From a virus: a stretch of DNA of 64,000 nt. The position numbers and the translations under genes are program-made. Location of the stretch: IMG/VR virus record IMGVR_UViG_3300045988_148502. The stretch is one strand, 5' to 3'. Positions 1 through 8,689 of the stretch are shown here, one piece after another (the stretch's first letter is position 1; every line of letters starts with the position of its first letter). Below the pieces are notes generated by a model that saw only the letters and a list, made by a program, of their open reading frames with translations, was not told where the DNA came from and did no database searches.

Positions 1-57
1 TAAGGCAAATAGATAAGCCACAATCAACACAAATACGAAAAACGATACTTTTATCAT
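1..57 (-). CDS. 5' end of a small hydrophobic protein gene that runs out of the window (MIKVSFFVFVLIVAYLFAL...)
   Basis: ATG at 57-55 on the - strand, 28 nt downstream of the stop of the 86-424 ORF, same orientation. Hydrophobic N-terminus. Only 19 codons are visible. Confidence 0.25.
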   Translation of the reverse strand, partial: MIKVSFFVFVLIVAYLFAL

Positions 58-85
58 CTTAAAGGTTTGAACGCTTTAAAACGGA

Positions 86-424
86 TTATTTACGTTCGTT
101 CACCTGTTTTGATTTAATCAATTCATTGTAGATTGTATGGGCAAACTCCCCTGTGAAATATTCTGCCCAATTCTGATAAGTTAGGCAAATACCGGTTCGA
201 GGGTCTTCATAATCCATGGTTTCCCATATATCTTCCAATTCTGCATAAACCTCATTGGGATTATTCCCAAGAGTGTCCACCACTTCTTCGGAATAACAGT
301 TTACCAATGTATCTATCCAATCTCCACAATTATCACAACCATCTTTGTAGATAGCATTGAATGCGGCTTTTTTCAATTCATCCATAAAAGGCTCTGTTTT
401 ACAATATGGGTACTCTCCGTTCAT
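86..424 (-). CDS. hypothetical acidic protein (112 aa), last visible gene of the repressor operon
   Basis: ORF track. ATGA start/stop overlap with the upstream lipoprotein gene (421-424). No recognisable motif. Confidence 0.6.
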   Translation of the reverse strand: MNGEYPYCKTEPFMDELKKAAFNAIYKDGCDNCGDWIDTLVNCYSEEVVDTLGNNPNEVYAELEDIWETMDYEDPRTGICLTYQNWAEYFTGEFAHTIYNELIKSKQVNERK

Positions 425-1068
425 TGCTTTTCTAATGTGCCGATATTTTTATGTTCAGGAGATAATTCTGTTAACCTACATTCGTTACCATCAAGCGCGG
501 CTTCAAACATATAATCACTATTTGACAAAGTTATGCTTCTACCATTGCTTTTGCAGGAGAATACTCCCTTGTAATTTTCTGTCTCTGTATCTTGTTTGGA
601 ATATTTTTCTCCAATTGGTTCAGTACGTATTAGTGTAAATTTTTGAAGTTTACAATATGGATATCCGTTGACCGTAATAGCATTTTCTGATACTTCAATC
701 ACTCCGTAAGTTCCCTGCTTAAAAACATATTTATATACATAAGTTGCCTCAAACATTTTATCTGTTCTTTTTTCTGTTTTTATATACAGATCAGCTTCGG
801 ATTCTTGCATGATTAAGTCGTAAGTAGTTTCTGTCTTCACAGTGTAATCACCAGCTTCTATAGGCTCTCCTTTTCCTACTTCCACTTTTTCAAACTCAAC
901 ATTATGCAATATGACATCAGAAAAAGAATCTTCCGGAGTAATAGCATCTATAGCCTCCATACTCAAAAATACACCCGAATAGCGTTCAGCGCCTTTCTCG
1001 TCATCTTCACTGCAAGCACATAACAGTAAAGAAGTAATAAGACATATTATTCCAACTATATATCTCAT
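421..1068 (-). CDS. lipoprotein (215 aa)
   Basis: N-terminus MRYIVGIICLITSLLLCACSEDD is a signal peptide plus lipobox-like L-L-C-A-C. Start overlaps the repressor gene stop (1065-1068). Confidence 0.7.
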   Translation of the reverse strand: MRYIVGIICLITSLLLCACSEDDEKGAERYSGVFLSMEAIDAITPEDSFSDVILHNVEFEKVEVGKGEPIEAGDYTVKTETTYDLIMQESEADLYIKTEKRTDKMFEATYVYKYVFKQGTYGVIEVSENAITVNGYPYCKLQKFTLIRTEPIGEKYSKQDTETENYKGVFSCKSNGRSITLSNSDYMFEAALDGNECRLTELSPEHKNIGTLEKQ

Positions 1069-1439
1069 TTTTTTCCCTCTACTAACTTTTCATAAACCTT
1101 AATCAACCTCTCCTTTTCAGCCAACAATTCTTCCAAATGCTTCACTCGTTCTACAAGAATAGCATCTGTGCCTACAGACACGTTGCCCATCATCGAAGCA
1201 GGACTAAAATCGCCGTTTGTTTCAACTGTATTATTTGATAGTCTTGATACTTCATCATCAAAAAAAATTCGTATGTCAGCTTTTAATAGAAAAGCAATCT
1301 TCTCTAAGTCTGCCGCTTGAATCTTATTGTTTCTAATGCATCTATGTAGATTTTGTTCGCTCATTCCAACATCAGCAGCAAGTTTCTTTAATCCACCACC
1401 TCTGTTTTCGCTCAATTTTCTAACAATTTCTAAATTCAT
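1065..1439 (-). CDS. HTH DNA-binding protein, probable CI-like prophage repressor (124 aa)
   Basis: LKKLAADVGMSEQNLHRCIRNNKIQAADLEKIAFLL fits a helix-turn-helix. C-terminal coiled-coil (LEELLAEKERLIKVYEKLVE). Divergent from the + strand early operon. Confidence 0.6.
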   Translation of the reverse strand: MNLEIVRKLSENRGGGLKKLAADVGMSEQNLHRCIRNNKIQAADLEKIAFLLKADIRIFFDDEVSRLSNNTVETNGDFSPASMMGNVSVGTDAILVERVKHLEELLAEKERLIKVYEKLVEGKK

Positions 1440-1580
1440 GATTTACAGGAACTTGAATTAGTCAACTAATATTTAATTTCGCATACACTAAATTTTATGA
1501 CGAAAATATTTGTTCGCCACGAATAAATATATTAGTTTTGCACTATAAAGTTAAACAATAACCCATAAAAAACAAATAAA
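1440..1580. promoter_or_regulatory. divergent repressor/early-operon control region with palindromic operator candidates
   Basis: ATTAGT-CA-ACTAAT palindrome at 1457-1470. Further ATTAGT/ACTAAT-like half-sites at 1487-1493 and 1531-1536. AT-rich 141-bp gap between divergent genes. Confidence 0.4.
1509..1540 (+). promoter_or_regulatory. candidate Bacteroides-type promoter for the + strand early operon
   Basis: TTTG at 1509-1512 and TAGTTTTG (TAnnTTTG) at 1533-1540, 20 nt apart, about 40 nt upstream of the ATG at 1581. Confidence 0.4.
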
Positions 1581-1772
1581 ATGGCAGAAAATCAAGTAAA
1601 AGTACGTCCAACTTTAACGGATTTGGAAGTAGGTAAAACGGTTACTTTCCCCATTGAAAAGACTAAGAGCGTCCGTGCTCAGGCTTCCGATCTCGGACTT
1701 ATCCTGAATCGTAAGTACCAGACAGAAACGGACCGAGAAAAGCGTATCATAACAGTAATCAGAATATCGTAA
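1581..1772 (+). CDS. hypothetical small protein (63 aa), first early gene
   Basis: ORF track. Position directly after the promoter candidate. No motif recognised. Confidence 0.5.
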   Translation: MAENQVKVRPTLTDLEVGKTVTFPIEKTKSVRAQASDLGLILNRKYQTETDREKRIITVIRIS

Positions 1773-1784
1773 TTTGTAATCATC

Positions 1785-1982
1785 ATGAACAAATTTGTAA
1801 ATATTTCACAACTGATACTATCCTGCATCATGCTTTTTGCGGTGGTTGTCAGCATTGTGGCACATATCATACTTGGAAACATCGCATCGTTCATTGGCTA
1901 TCTTGTATCAGCTGTATTCATCTTTCTCACATGGAAACTGGTACGTATATCATGGATGGAGTTTCAAAATGAAAACAAATAA
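1785..1982 (+). CDS. small membrane protein (65 aa, 2 predicted TM segments)
   Basis: Two hydrophobic stretches (ILSCIMLFAVVVSIVAHIIL and FIGYLVSAVFIFLTW). Confidence 0.5.
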   Translation: MNKFVNISQLILSCIMLFAVVVSIVAHIILGNIASFIGYLVSAVFIFLTWKLVRISWMEFQNENK

Positions 1983-2001
1983 CCTCTTAACTTACAATAT
2001 C

Positions 2002-2214
2002 ATGTCTATCAATTTCAAAAAATTAAATTCTCAAATCAAGCCTCTTAAACCGGAAGCAAGACACGTGGGCTACATCTTTATTGCTACAGACAAGCAAAAG
2101 AGAGAAAGTCTGGTTGACTCTATTGCCAAGCCCGGTTCTAAACGTTCCCTAATAAAAGTGCTTACATATTTCATTAAAACCGATGAAAATTATCGTGCAG
2201 AGTATTCACTTTAA
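2002..2214 (+). CDS. hypothetical protein (70 aa; alternative start 1969)
   Basis: Downstream part of ORF 1837-2214. The upstream part overlaps gene 1785-1982 and looks non-coding. ATGs at 1969 and 2002. Confidence 0.4.
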   Translation: MSINFKKLNSQIKPLKPEARHVGYIFIATDKQKRESLVDSIAKPGSKRSLIKVLTYFIKTDENYRAEYSL

Positions 2215-2225
2215 TCCGTAATCCT

Positions 2226-2495
2226 ATGCTCACTATTGATTTTCCCGATAAATCCGTTACTTATGACACTTTCGTCCGCGATGTAGCGTCCTCTGTAGTC
2301 CGTATGCTTGCCGATACACACAATGATCCCGAAATGGTCAGCCAGCGAAAAGCATACGCTATGTTTGGGCGTGGCAATGTGGATAGATGGCGCAAGCAGG
2401 GTAAAATAACCCCCTGCAAGCGTCCGGGCAAAGTTGAATACCGCACAATCGAACTGCGTACACTACAAAGGTTACAACAAGACTATTTCAAATGA
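2226..2495 (+). CDS. putative HTH DNA-binding protein, excisionase/MerR-like (89 aa)
   Basis: QRKAYAMFGRGNVDRWRKQGKITPCKRPGK resembles the HTH_17/excisionase-type motif common in Bacteroides elements. Recognition from memory only. Confidence 0.4.
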   Translation: MLTIDFPDKSVTYDTFVRDVASSVVRMLADTHNDPEMVSQRKAYAMFGRGNVDRWRKQGKITPCKRPGKVEYRTIELRTLQRLQQDYFK

Positions 2496-2498
2496 TAA

Positions 2499-2585
2499 GG
2501 GAGGATAGCTCAGCGGATAGAGCGGCGGTACGTACCCAAATGGCCAAGATGCAGCAGGACACAGGTTCAAATCCTGTTCCTCCCA
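2499..2585 (+). tRNA. tRNA-like element (87 nt) with canonical acceptor, D and T arms but no foldable anticodon arm
   Basis: Acceptor GGGAGGA/TCCTCCC pairs 7/7. D arm is GCTC-AGCGGATA-GAGC. T arm is ACAGG-TTCAAAT-CCTGT. Discriminator is A. Intergenic position (2496-2615). The central 36 nt hold the palindromes GGTACGTACC and TGGCCA but no 5-bp stem plus 7-nt loop. Confidence 0.45.
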
Positions 2586-2615
2586 CTATTTTTTCACTAT
2601 TAAAAATCAAAGTAG

Positions 2616-4586
2616 ATGAAAGCAATTCAGCTAAAATCAATCACGCTTCGCAACTGGCGTGGAGAAAAAGAAAGGACAACACAGTTCCATACAGATGGCA
2701 CTGTTACACGTATCTGTGGTCGTAACGGTCTCGGCAAGTCCAGGCACATGGATGCGTTCTGTTGGCTGCTTTTCGGCAAGGACAGCAAAGACCGTAAAGA
2801 CTTCAACTTGCGCACCACAGACGAAAAGGGCAATCCCCTACAGCATTGTGAATGCTCCGTAGAGGGAACATTAGTCGTTGATGGAACGGAAATTACCATC
2901 AAACGAGAGTATAAGGAGCAATGGGTCAAACCTCGTGGACAAGTAGAGGAAGTGTTCAAGGGGAATGTCACCGAATGCACATGGGACGGCGTACCTGTTC
3001 GTGTCAATGAGTATAAGGAACGTATAAATGCCGAAATCATTGATGAGAACCTTTTCAAGATGCTAACCAATACCGAGTATTTCCTATCGTTAAAACAAGA
3101 TGTTCAACGTGAAGTGTTAATGTCCATTGCCGGAGCCAAAACAGACAACGAATTGGCGCAGGGAAATGCAGAATTTACCGCTCTCGTAGACATGTTGAGT
3201 GGCAAATCATTGGCGGATTATCGTCGGCAGATTGCCGCAGAGAAAAAACGTCTAAAAATGCAAGCGGATGAAATCAAGCCACGTATCGACCAAACGGACA
3301 AGATGAAACCAGAAGCCGAGGATTGGAACTCATTGGAAGAAATGCTCACCGACAAAAAGAAAGAGCTGGAAGAAATAAACGAACTTCTGCATTCTGAAGA
3401 TGCTCGCAAGCAATCTGCCATCGATAAAAAAGCTGCGCTGAACCGTGAAAAACGGCAAATCGAACAGCAACAGAAGGATATTCTTGCCGCAGAAAGGAGA
3501 AGTCGTCAGGAGGAAGCCGATAAGCAGAACGAAACACGTAATGAAATCGAGAAAGAGTTGAAGAATATTCATTCCGAACGATCGGATTGCAATATAGACA
3601 TTACCCGTGCAAAAGAACGCATCAAGTATTTGAACGAAGAAATAACTAGAACAACAAGCAGACTTGAAGAATTACGTTCCGAATGGGCATCCATTCGTGC
3701 CACACAGTACACCGGTGATAATATCTGTCCTCATTGCGGCCAGCCTTTACCCGACAATATGATACAAGACGTTCTCCAAAAGTTTGAAGAATATAAACAA
3801 AACAGGCTCAAAGAGAATCAATCACGTGGAAAATCCCTGTCGACACAAGTCGAATCATACCGAGAGGAATTAAACAGGCGTAATGAAGAACTTGTAGAGC
3901 ATTCCAAAAAGATTACTGCCATTGACGAATGTATTGCAGGGCTGTATGATCGTCTGAAATCCACCCCGAAAGCAGCACCGTCCGCCATCAACGAAAACGA
4001 GCTGCCTGCGTATGCAGCAAACCTAAAACGTTTGGATGAGATAGAAAAAGAAATAGCAAATATCACATATACTCAGACAGATACCGAACTGTCCGAACGT
4101 GCCGAGTTGGTGAAATCTGCTATTAAGAACTTGGAAATCCAACTAAACAACCGTACCATTATCGCCAACTATGATAAAGAAATAGAGCGTCTTGAAAAGG
4201 AAGGTCGTGAACTCGCACAGAAGATAGCCGACATAGAGAAACGTGAATATATAGCTGCTAAGTTTGCCAAAGCTCGCATTGATGATTGTGAGAGCCGTTT
4301 GAACTCGCTGTTTGGCATGGTACACTGGAAACTTTTCGATACCACTCTTGACGGAAACGAATACGAAGTATGTATCCCTATAATTGATGGTGTGTCCTAT
4401 GGTACGTGCAATACAGCAAAGCAAGTGAACGCAGGTATTGACATCACCAACACATTGGCAAGGCATTACGAAGTCTATGCTCCAATGTTCATTGACCGTG
4501 CCGAAAGCGTGAATACATTCATTGCTTCCAACGCACAAATGATATTCTTGCAGGTTACAACAGACAGTCAACTAACAGTAAAATAA
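2616..4586 (+). CDS. Rad50/SbcC-like SMC-family recombination ATPase (656 aa)
   Basis: Walker A GRNGLGKS near the N-terminus. About 400 aa of coiled coil with a central CxxC hook (CPHCGQPLP). C-terminal Walker B/D-loop-like MFIDRAES. Confidence 0.75.
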   Translation: MKAIQLKSITLRNWRGEKERTTQFHTDGTVTRICGRNGLGKSRHMDAFCWLLFGKDSKDRKDFNLRTTDEKGNPLQHCECSVEGTLVVDGTEITIKREYKEQWVKPRGQVEEVFKGNVTECTWDGVPVRVNEYKERINAEIIDENLFKMLTNTEYFLSLKQDVQREVLMSIAGAKTDNELAQGNAEFTALVDMLSGKSLADYRRQIAAEKKRLKMQADEIKPRIDQTDKMKPEAEDWNSLEEMLTDKKKELEEINELLHSEDARKQSAIDKKAALNREKRQIEQQQKDILAAERRSRQEEADKQNETRNEIEKELKNIHSERSDCNIDITRAKERIKYLNEEITRTTSRLEELRSEWASIRATQYTGDNICPHCGQPLPDNMIQDVLQKFEEYKQNRLKENQSRGKSLSTQVESYREELNRRNEELVEHSKKITAIDECIAGLYDRLKSTPKAAPSAINENELPAYAANLKRLDEIEKEIANITYTQTDTELSERAELVKSAIKNLEIQLNNRTIIANYDKEIERLEKEGRELAQKIADIEKREYIAAKFAKARIDDCESRLNSLFGMVHWKLFDTTLDGNEYEVCIPIIDGVSYGTCNTAKQVNAGIDITNTLARHYEVYAPMFIDRAESVNTFIASNAQMIFLQVTTDSQLTVK

Positions 4587-4613
4587 ATAGTTAAATCTTT
4601 AATTATTAGAATT

Positions 4614-5504
4614 ATGAACGAAAGACAAATCACACCGGTTACACATCAAAGTAACGTTCCTGTTGGCATCAACTTCTTTGACCCGACAACCATTGAAACG
4701 CTCAACCGTTTCTCCACCATGTTTGCCAATTCCAGTCTTGTACCCGAAAGTTACCGCATTGGCGGTGTTGTTGGCGGTAAGACCGGAGAAGGACCTAAAA
4801 AAACGGTCTCTGAAGCCGAAGCAGTAGCCAACTGCGTAATCGCATTCGATGTGGCCACACGCATTGGCGCATCCCCTCTTATGGTAATGCAGAACTTGTA
4901 CATTGTATATGGTCGCCCATCTTGGTCGTCCAAGTTCCTAATTGCCACTATCAATACTTGTGGACGCTTTGAACCACTGAAGTTTGAATTGACATCAAAT
5001 GGAGTTTGCAATAACGGTGTGGCAAATGTCAAGTGTGTGGCATGGACTACTCCTAAAGGTGTTACGCATGATGAGAACGGAAAACCGGTTACATCAAAAT
5101 CACCACTTGCCTTACGTGGTACAGCCGTTACCATACAAATGGCGATTGATGAGGGTTGGTATAGCAAAAACGGCAGCAAGTGGCGTACTATGCCCGAACA
5201 GATGTTACGTTACCGTGCCGCCTCGTTCTGGTGCTCTACATACTCACCGGAACTGTCAATGGGTATGCGTACCGTTGAAGAAAATGTAGAGGACGCCGAT
5301 TATGTCGATGTTACAGAACAGGTTGCGAAAGAAATTTCCACGCAAGCCAACAAAGGCACTATCAGTTTTGATGATGCAGTAGCTCCGGTTTCCAACGAAG
5401 TTCCGGCAGGTGTTGACCCTGAAACAGGAGAAATTAAAGAGCCCCAAGGTGAAACAAGTACCGAAAACCAAGCCTCAACCGAGGATGATGGACCGGGCTA
5501 TTAA
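4614..5504 (+). CDS. RecT-like single-strand annealing protein (296 aa)
   Basis: The core ...ASPLMVMQNLYIVYGRPSWSSKFLIA... resembles the RecT family. Acidic disordered C-terminal tail. Sits between the SbcC-like ATPase and the MBL hydrolase. Confidence 0.55.
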   Translation: MNERQITPVTHQSNVPVGINFFDPTTIETLNRFSTMFANSSLVPESYRIGGVVGGKTGEGPKKTVSEAEAVANCVIAFDVATRIGASPLMVMQNLYIVYGRPSWSSKFLIATINTCGRFEPLKFELTSNGVCNNGVANVKCVAWTTPKGVTHDENGKPVTSKSPLALRGTAVTIQMAIDEGWYSKNGSKWRTMPEQMLRYRAASFWCSTYSPELSMGMRTVEENVEDADYVDVTEQVAKEISTQANKGTISFDDAVAPVSNEVPAGVDPETGEIKEPQGETSTENQASTEDDGPGY

Positions 5505-5515
5505 TCCTATTTGAA

Positions 5516-6265
5516 ATGAAACTTCATGTGTTAGGTTCTTCATCATCAGGCAACTGTTACCTCTTCCAGTCTGAAAAGACTGGTGAGGTACTTGCAGTGG
5601 AAGCCGGAGTTAAGTTCAACAAAGTAAAAAAAGTTCTTGACTTCAATCTAAACAGCATTGTTGGTTGTATCGTCAGCCATGAGCATGGCGACCATGCCAA
5701 ATGTGTGGGCGATTTTATAAACGCCTGCATACCTTGCTATATGAGTCAAGGCACAAAACATGCGCTTGGTTTCTCTTCCAGCTATTGGGCAAAAGGGCTG
5801 TTGCCATTCGAACAAGTTGTGATAAATGGATTTAGAGTGATACCGTTCCCTGTACAACATGATGCTGCGGAACCTTACGGATACCTCATCCGTCATGAAG
5901 AGTGCGGAACAGTGCTGTTTGCCACAGACACCTATTTCCTAAAATACAAATTTCCCGGTCTTAACAATGTAATGTTGGAGTGCAATTATAGCAAGGAAAT
6001 TCTTGATGCAAATTTCACTGCCGGGCGCATTGACAAGAAACGCTACGAACGCACCATTAAGTCGCACATGTCCTATGATAACTGTCTCCTCACATTGCAA
6101 GCCAATGACCTGTCTCAAGTATGCAACATTCTACTCCTGCATCTGTCCGACAATAACAGCAATGCTACGGAGTTTATCCATGGAATAGAAAGATTATATC
6201 CAGAGATAGAAATAACAGCCGCTACAAATGGGCTTTCGTTAACATTTAACAAGAATCCCTATTAG
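5516..6265 (+). CDS. metallo-beta-lactamase-fold hydrolase (249 aa), probable recombination-associated nuclease
   Basis: HxHxDH motif (VSHEHGDHA). Further His/Asp ligands (PVQHDAAEPYGY, LLLHLSD). Confidence 0.8.
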   Translation: MKLHVLGSSSSGNCYLFQSEKTGEVLAVEAGVKFNKVKKVLDFNLNSIVGCIVSHEHGDHAKCVGDFINACIPCYMSQGTKHALGFSSSYWAKGLLPFEQVVINGFRVIPFPVQHDAAEPYGYLIRHEECGTVLFATDTYFLKYKFPGLNNVMLECNYSKEILDANFTAGRIDKKRYERTIKSHMSYDNCLLTLQANDLSQVCNILLLHLSDNNSNATEFIHGIERLYPEIEITAATNGLSLTFNKNPY

Positions 6266-6316
6266 CATTTGTGATTATGAGGAAAAATAATAGTAACCAG
6301 TAAATAAAGAAGTAAT

Positions 6317-6496
6317 ATGAGAATCTATTTTGATATAATATTTATTGTTTTGAATATCATCATTTTTGCTGTTAACTTTCATTTTGCTTTAGAATCCAAA
6401 TCCTCTAAAGCATATACGTATGCCATTTTAGGAATGAGTTTTGCCATTGCAGCCATCGTCCTACTTCTATCTGCGGATTTAAATCAAGAATCATAA
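6317..6496 (+). CDS. possible small membrane protein (59 aa)
   Basis: ORF below the track cutoff, read manually: MRIYFDIIFIVLNIIIFAVNFHFALESKSSKAYTYAILGMSFAIAAIVLLLSADLNQES. Two hydrophobic segments. Fills an otherwise empty 320-bp gap. Confidence 0.35.
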   Translation: MRIYFDIIFIVLNIIIFAVNFHFALESKSSKAYTYAILGMSFAIAAIVLLLSADLNQES

Positions 6497-6584
6497 TGAA
6501 AAAATCAGTTGAAAATACTCAATACAAAACTGAGAATTGTAGACCAAACAATAGTGATCTATCATTTTAATAAAAATAAAAACA

Positions 6585-6860
6585 ATGAGAAAAATTGAGA
6601 TCGTTGAACATGTTATCAACAATACGACTATTAGTCGCTCACAGGCTATTCAAGCCGTAGATTGTGCTTTTGATGCTATTGAGAAAGCACTTTGTAAAGG
6701 TGAAAGTGTCTATATACGTGGTTTTGGCACTATCAAGACTTATATCACAAAAGAAAGGAAAGCCCGTAATATCTACAAGAGAACAACGGTAATCATTCCG
6801 GCAAGACGAACAGTAAAACTTGTAGTCAGTAAACAACTCAAAGAAAAAATGAACTCATGA
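6585..6860 (+). CDS. HU/IHF-family DNA-binding protein (91 aa)
   Basis: Typical length and motifs: ...IRGFGTIKTYITKERKARNIYKRTTVIIPARRTVKLVVSKQLK (beta-arm with R-x-x-R-N and P). Confidence 0.85.
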   Translation: MRKIEIVEHVINNTTISRSQAIQAVDCAFDAIEKALCKGESVYIRGFGTIKTYITKERKARNIYKRTTVIIPARRTVKLVVSKQLKEKMNS

Positions 6861-7474
6861 TGCACACGTGGTTTGAATGTAAAATCCGTTATGAAAAGAC
6901 AATGGAAAATGGCATGAACAAAAAAGTAACAGAACCCTATCTGGTTGACGCGCTCAGCTTCACGGAAGCGGAAGCACGCATCATTGAAGAAATGACACCC
7001 TTTATTTCCGGTGAGTTTACAGTTTCCGACATTAAACGTGCCAACTATAGCGAGCTCTTTCCCTGTGAGGAAGACAGTGCCGACCGCTGGTTCAAGTGCA
7101 AGCTGTATTTCATTACCTCAGATGAAAAAAGTGGAGCAGAAAAAAAGACGGCTACCAACGTACTGGTACAAGCAGCCGACTTGCGTGATGCAGTAAATAA
7201 ACTGGATGAGGGTATGAAAGGCACAATGGCCGACTACCAAATTGCATCGGTAGCGGAAACTGCCATTATGGACGTCTATCCATATGCCGCAGATGAGTCC
7301 ATTACGGATACCATCAGTGAAAATGCCAATTCGCCTGTTGTACGAAATTTCATACAATCTCTCCCCGAAGGTTGCAGGACAACGATAACCGTTGGTGGGA
7401 AAAAAGTTGTAGTAGACAAGACCGGAAAAGACACCATTGTTACACCCGAAAAGCAAAGCGACAATGACACTTGA
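6857..7474 (+). CDS. conserved Bacteroidota protein, DUF4494-like (205 aa)
   Basis: The N-terminal WFECKIRYEKTMENGMNKKVTEPYLVDALSFTEAEARIIEEM segment matches my memory of DUF4494 proteins, which often follow HU genes. ATGA overlap with the HU gene. Confidence 0.5.
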   Translation: MMHTWFECKIRYEKTMENGMNKKVTEPYLVDALSFTEAEARIIEEMTPFISGEFTVSDIKRANYSELFPCEEDSADRWFKCKLYFITSDEKSGAEKKTATNVLVQAADLRDAVNKLDEGMKGTMADYQIASVAETAIMDVYPYAADESITDTISENANSPVVRNFIQSLPEGCRTTITVGGKKVVVDKTGKDTIVTPEKQSDNDT

Positions 7475-7877
7475 GGAAATGCTTCAAATGGAAAGGAAAC
7501 GAAAAAAGAAGCAAAAATATGACGATGAGGAACATCGCATACAATGCTCTTGCGTAAAGTGGTTCAATTTGAAGTATCCGAAGTTAAAAGGCCGGTTGTT
7601 TGCTGTGCCGAACGGAGGAAGACGTGATACTGTTACAGGTGGCAAATTGAAAGCTGAGGGCGTAACAGCCGGTGTATCCGATTTGATTCTGTTGAAAAGC
7701 AATCGTGATTATGGTGCGCTGCTCATTGAAATGAAAAAGAAAGGCGGCTATCAATCTCCATCACAAAAAGAATGGCAAAAGATAATATGTGAAAACGGAG
7801 AATACAAATATGTTCTGTGCTTTTCGCTAGATGATTTCATTCGTGAAGTGGATGATTATTTGAGAAATGAATTTTAA
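7464..7877 (+). CDS. VRR-NUC domain nuclease (137 aa; alternative start 7437)
   Basis: ...FAVPNGGRRDTVTGGKLKAEGVTAGVSDLILL...ALLIEMKKKGGYQSPSQKEWQ... matches the VRR-NUC pattern (G-x-PD/SD-L, E-x-K, S-x-x-Q-x-x-W). Confidence 0.75.
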   Translation: MTLEEMLQMERKRKKKQKYDDEEHRIQCSCVKWFNLKYPKLKGRLFAVPNGGRRDTVTGGKLKAEGVTAGVSDLILLKSNRDYGALLIEMKKKGGYQSPSQKEWQKIICENGEYKYVLCFSLDDFIREVDDYLRNEF

Positions 7878-7888
7878 AAAAGTCAGAT

Positions 7889-8689
7889 ATGGCACGAACT
7901 TTTAAAAAAGGTCTTGACTATTTCCCTCTGGATATAGATATATTTAACGACCTTAAAATAAGAAAACTAATCAAGTATCAAGGTGGAAAAGCTATAACGG
8001 TATATGCTCTGCTGCTCTGCAATATCTACAAGAGTGGGTATTATATGAAGTGGGATAAAGAGTTGCCTTTCATTTGCTCGGAGCTTACGGGATTTGAGGA
8101 GGCATATATATCAGAAGTAATCAAAACCTGCCTGACACTGGGGTTGTTTTCAAAAGAATTGTTTGACGCTGAAAAAGTATTGACTTCTAAAGGTATTCAG
8201 GAAAGGTATAGTCGTATATGCGTACAGTGCCGTCGTGTTTGCTATATTGGGGATTATAACCTAATCGAGAAAAGAAAGCCCAAACAAACTGAAAAACTGC
8301 CACGAAAGAATGACAATCCACAAACGATACAAGGTAGTACAACAGTGCAAAACGAACTGCAATACGAGCCTTACTCCATGACTATCGATGAAGAAATTGC
8401 CGAACTGAAAAAAGACGAGTGTTGGCTTGACCAATTACAAGTGCTTCATGCAACGAATATTTCCTCTTTGCGCAGCAGTCTTGACGACTTCCGGGTGCAA
8501 TGCCTGGCAGACGGGAAAGACCGGCATTCTTCCTTACAGGATGCCAAACAGCACTTCAACGCATGGTTGAGAATTGTAAATGATAAAAATAAAAGAAAAG
8601 ATGATAAAGTTAGACCCGAAAGCAGAAATCAACGCAGAGGTAATCTTCTCAAATCTGATGAAGAGAAAACATATGGTAACTCGTTTTAG
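7889..8689 (+). CDS. replication initiation/organiser protein, DUF4373 (Lin1244-like) N-terminal domain (266 aa)
   Basis: GLDYFPLDIDIFNDLKIRKLIKYQGGKAITVYALLLCNIYKSGYY fits the DUF4373/DnaD-like N-terminal pattern. Followed by a DnaC-like ATPase. Confidence 0.6.
   Translation: MARTFKKGLDYFPLDIDIFNDLKIRKLIKYQGGKAITVYALLLCNIYKSGYYMKWDKELPFICSELTGFEEAYISEVIKTCLTLGLFSKELFDAEKVLTSKGIQERYSRICVQCRRVCYIGDYNLIEKRKPKQTEKLPRKNDNPQTIQGSTTVQNELQYEPYSMTIDEEIAELKKDECWLDQLQVLHATNISSLRSSLDDFRVQCLADGKDRHSSLQDAKQHFNAWLRIVNDKNKRKDDKVRPESRNQRRGNLLKSDEEKTYGNSF

Noticed and set aside
357-638. 93-aa + ORF across the lipoprotein/112-aa gene junction
   Set aside because: It is antisense to two translationally coupled - strand genes, and no motif was found.
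1837-2001. N-terminal 55 codons of ORF 1837-2214
   Set aside because: They overlap the membrane-protein gene 1785-1982 in another frame and have a Trp/His/Tyr/Ser-rich nonsense-like composition. An internal ATG at 1969 or 2002 is preferred.
2492-2725. 77-aa + ORF spanning the tRNA-like element and the start of the ATPase gene
   Set aside because: It reads through a tRNA-like structure and overlaps the well-supported Walker-A-containing N-terminus at 2616, which is in another frame.
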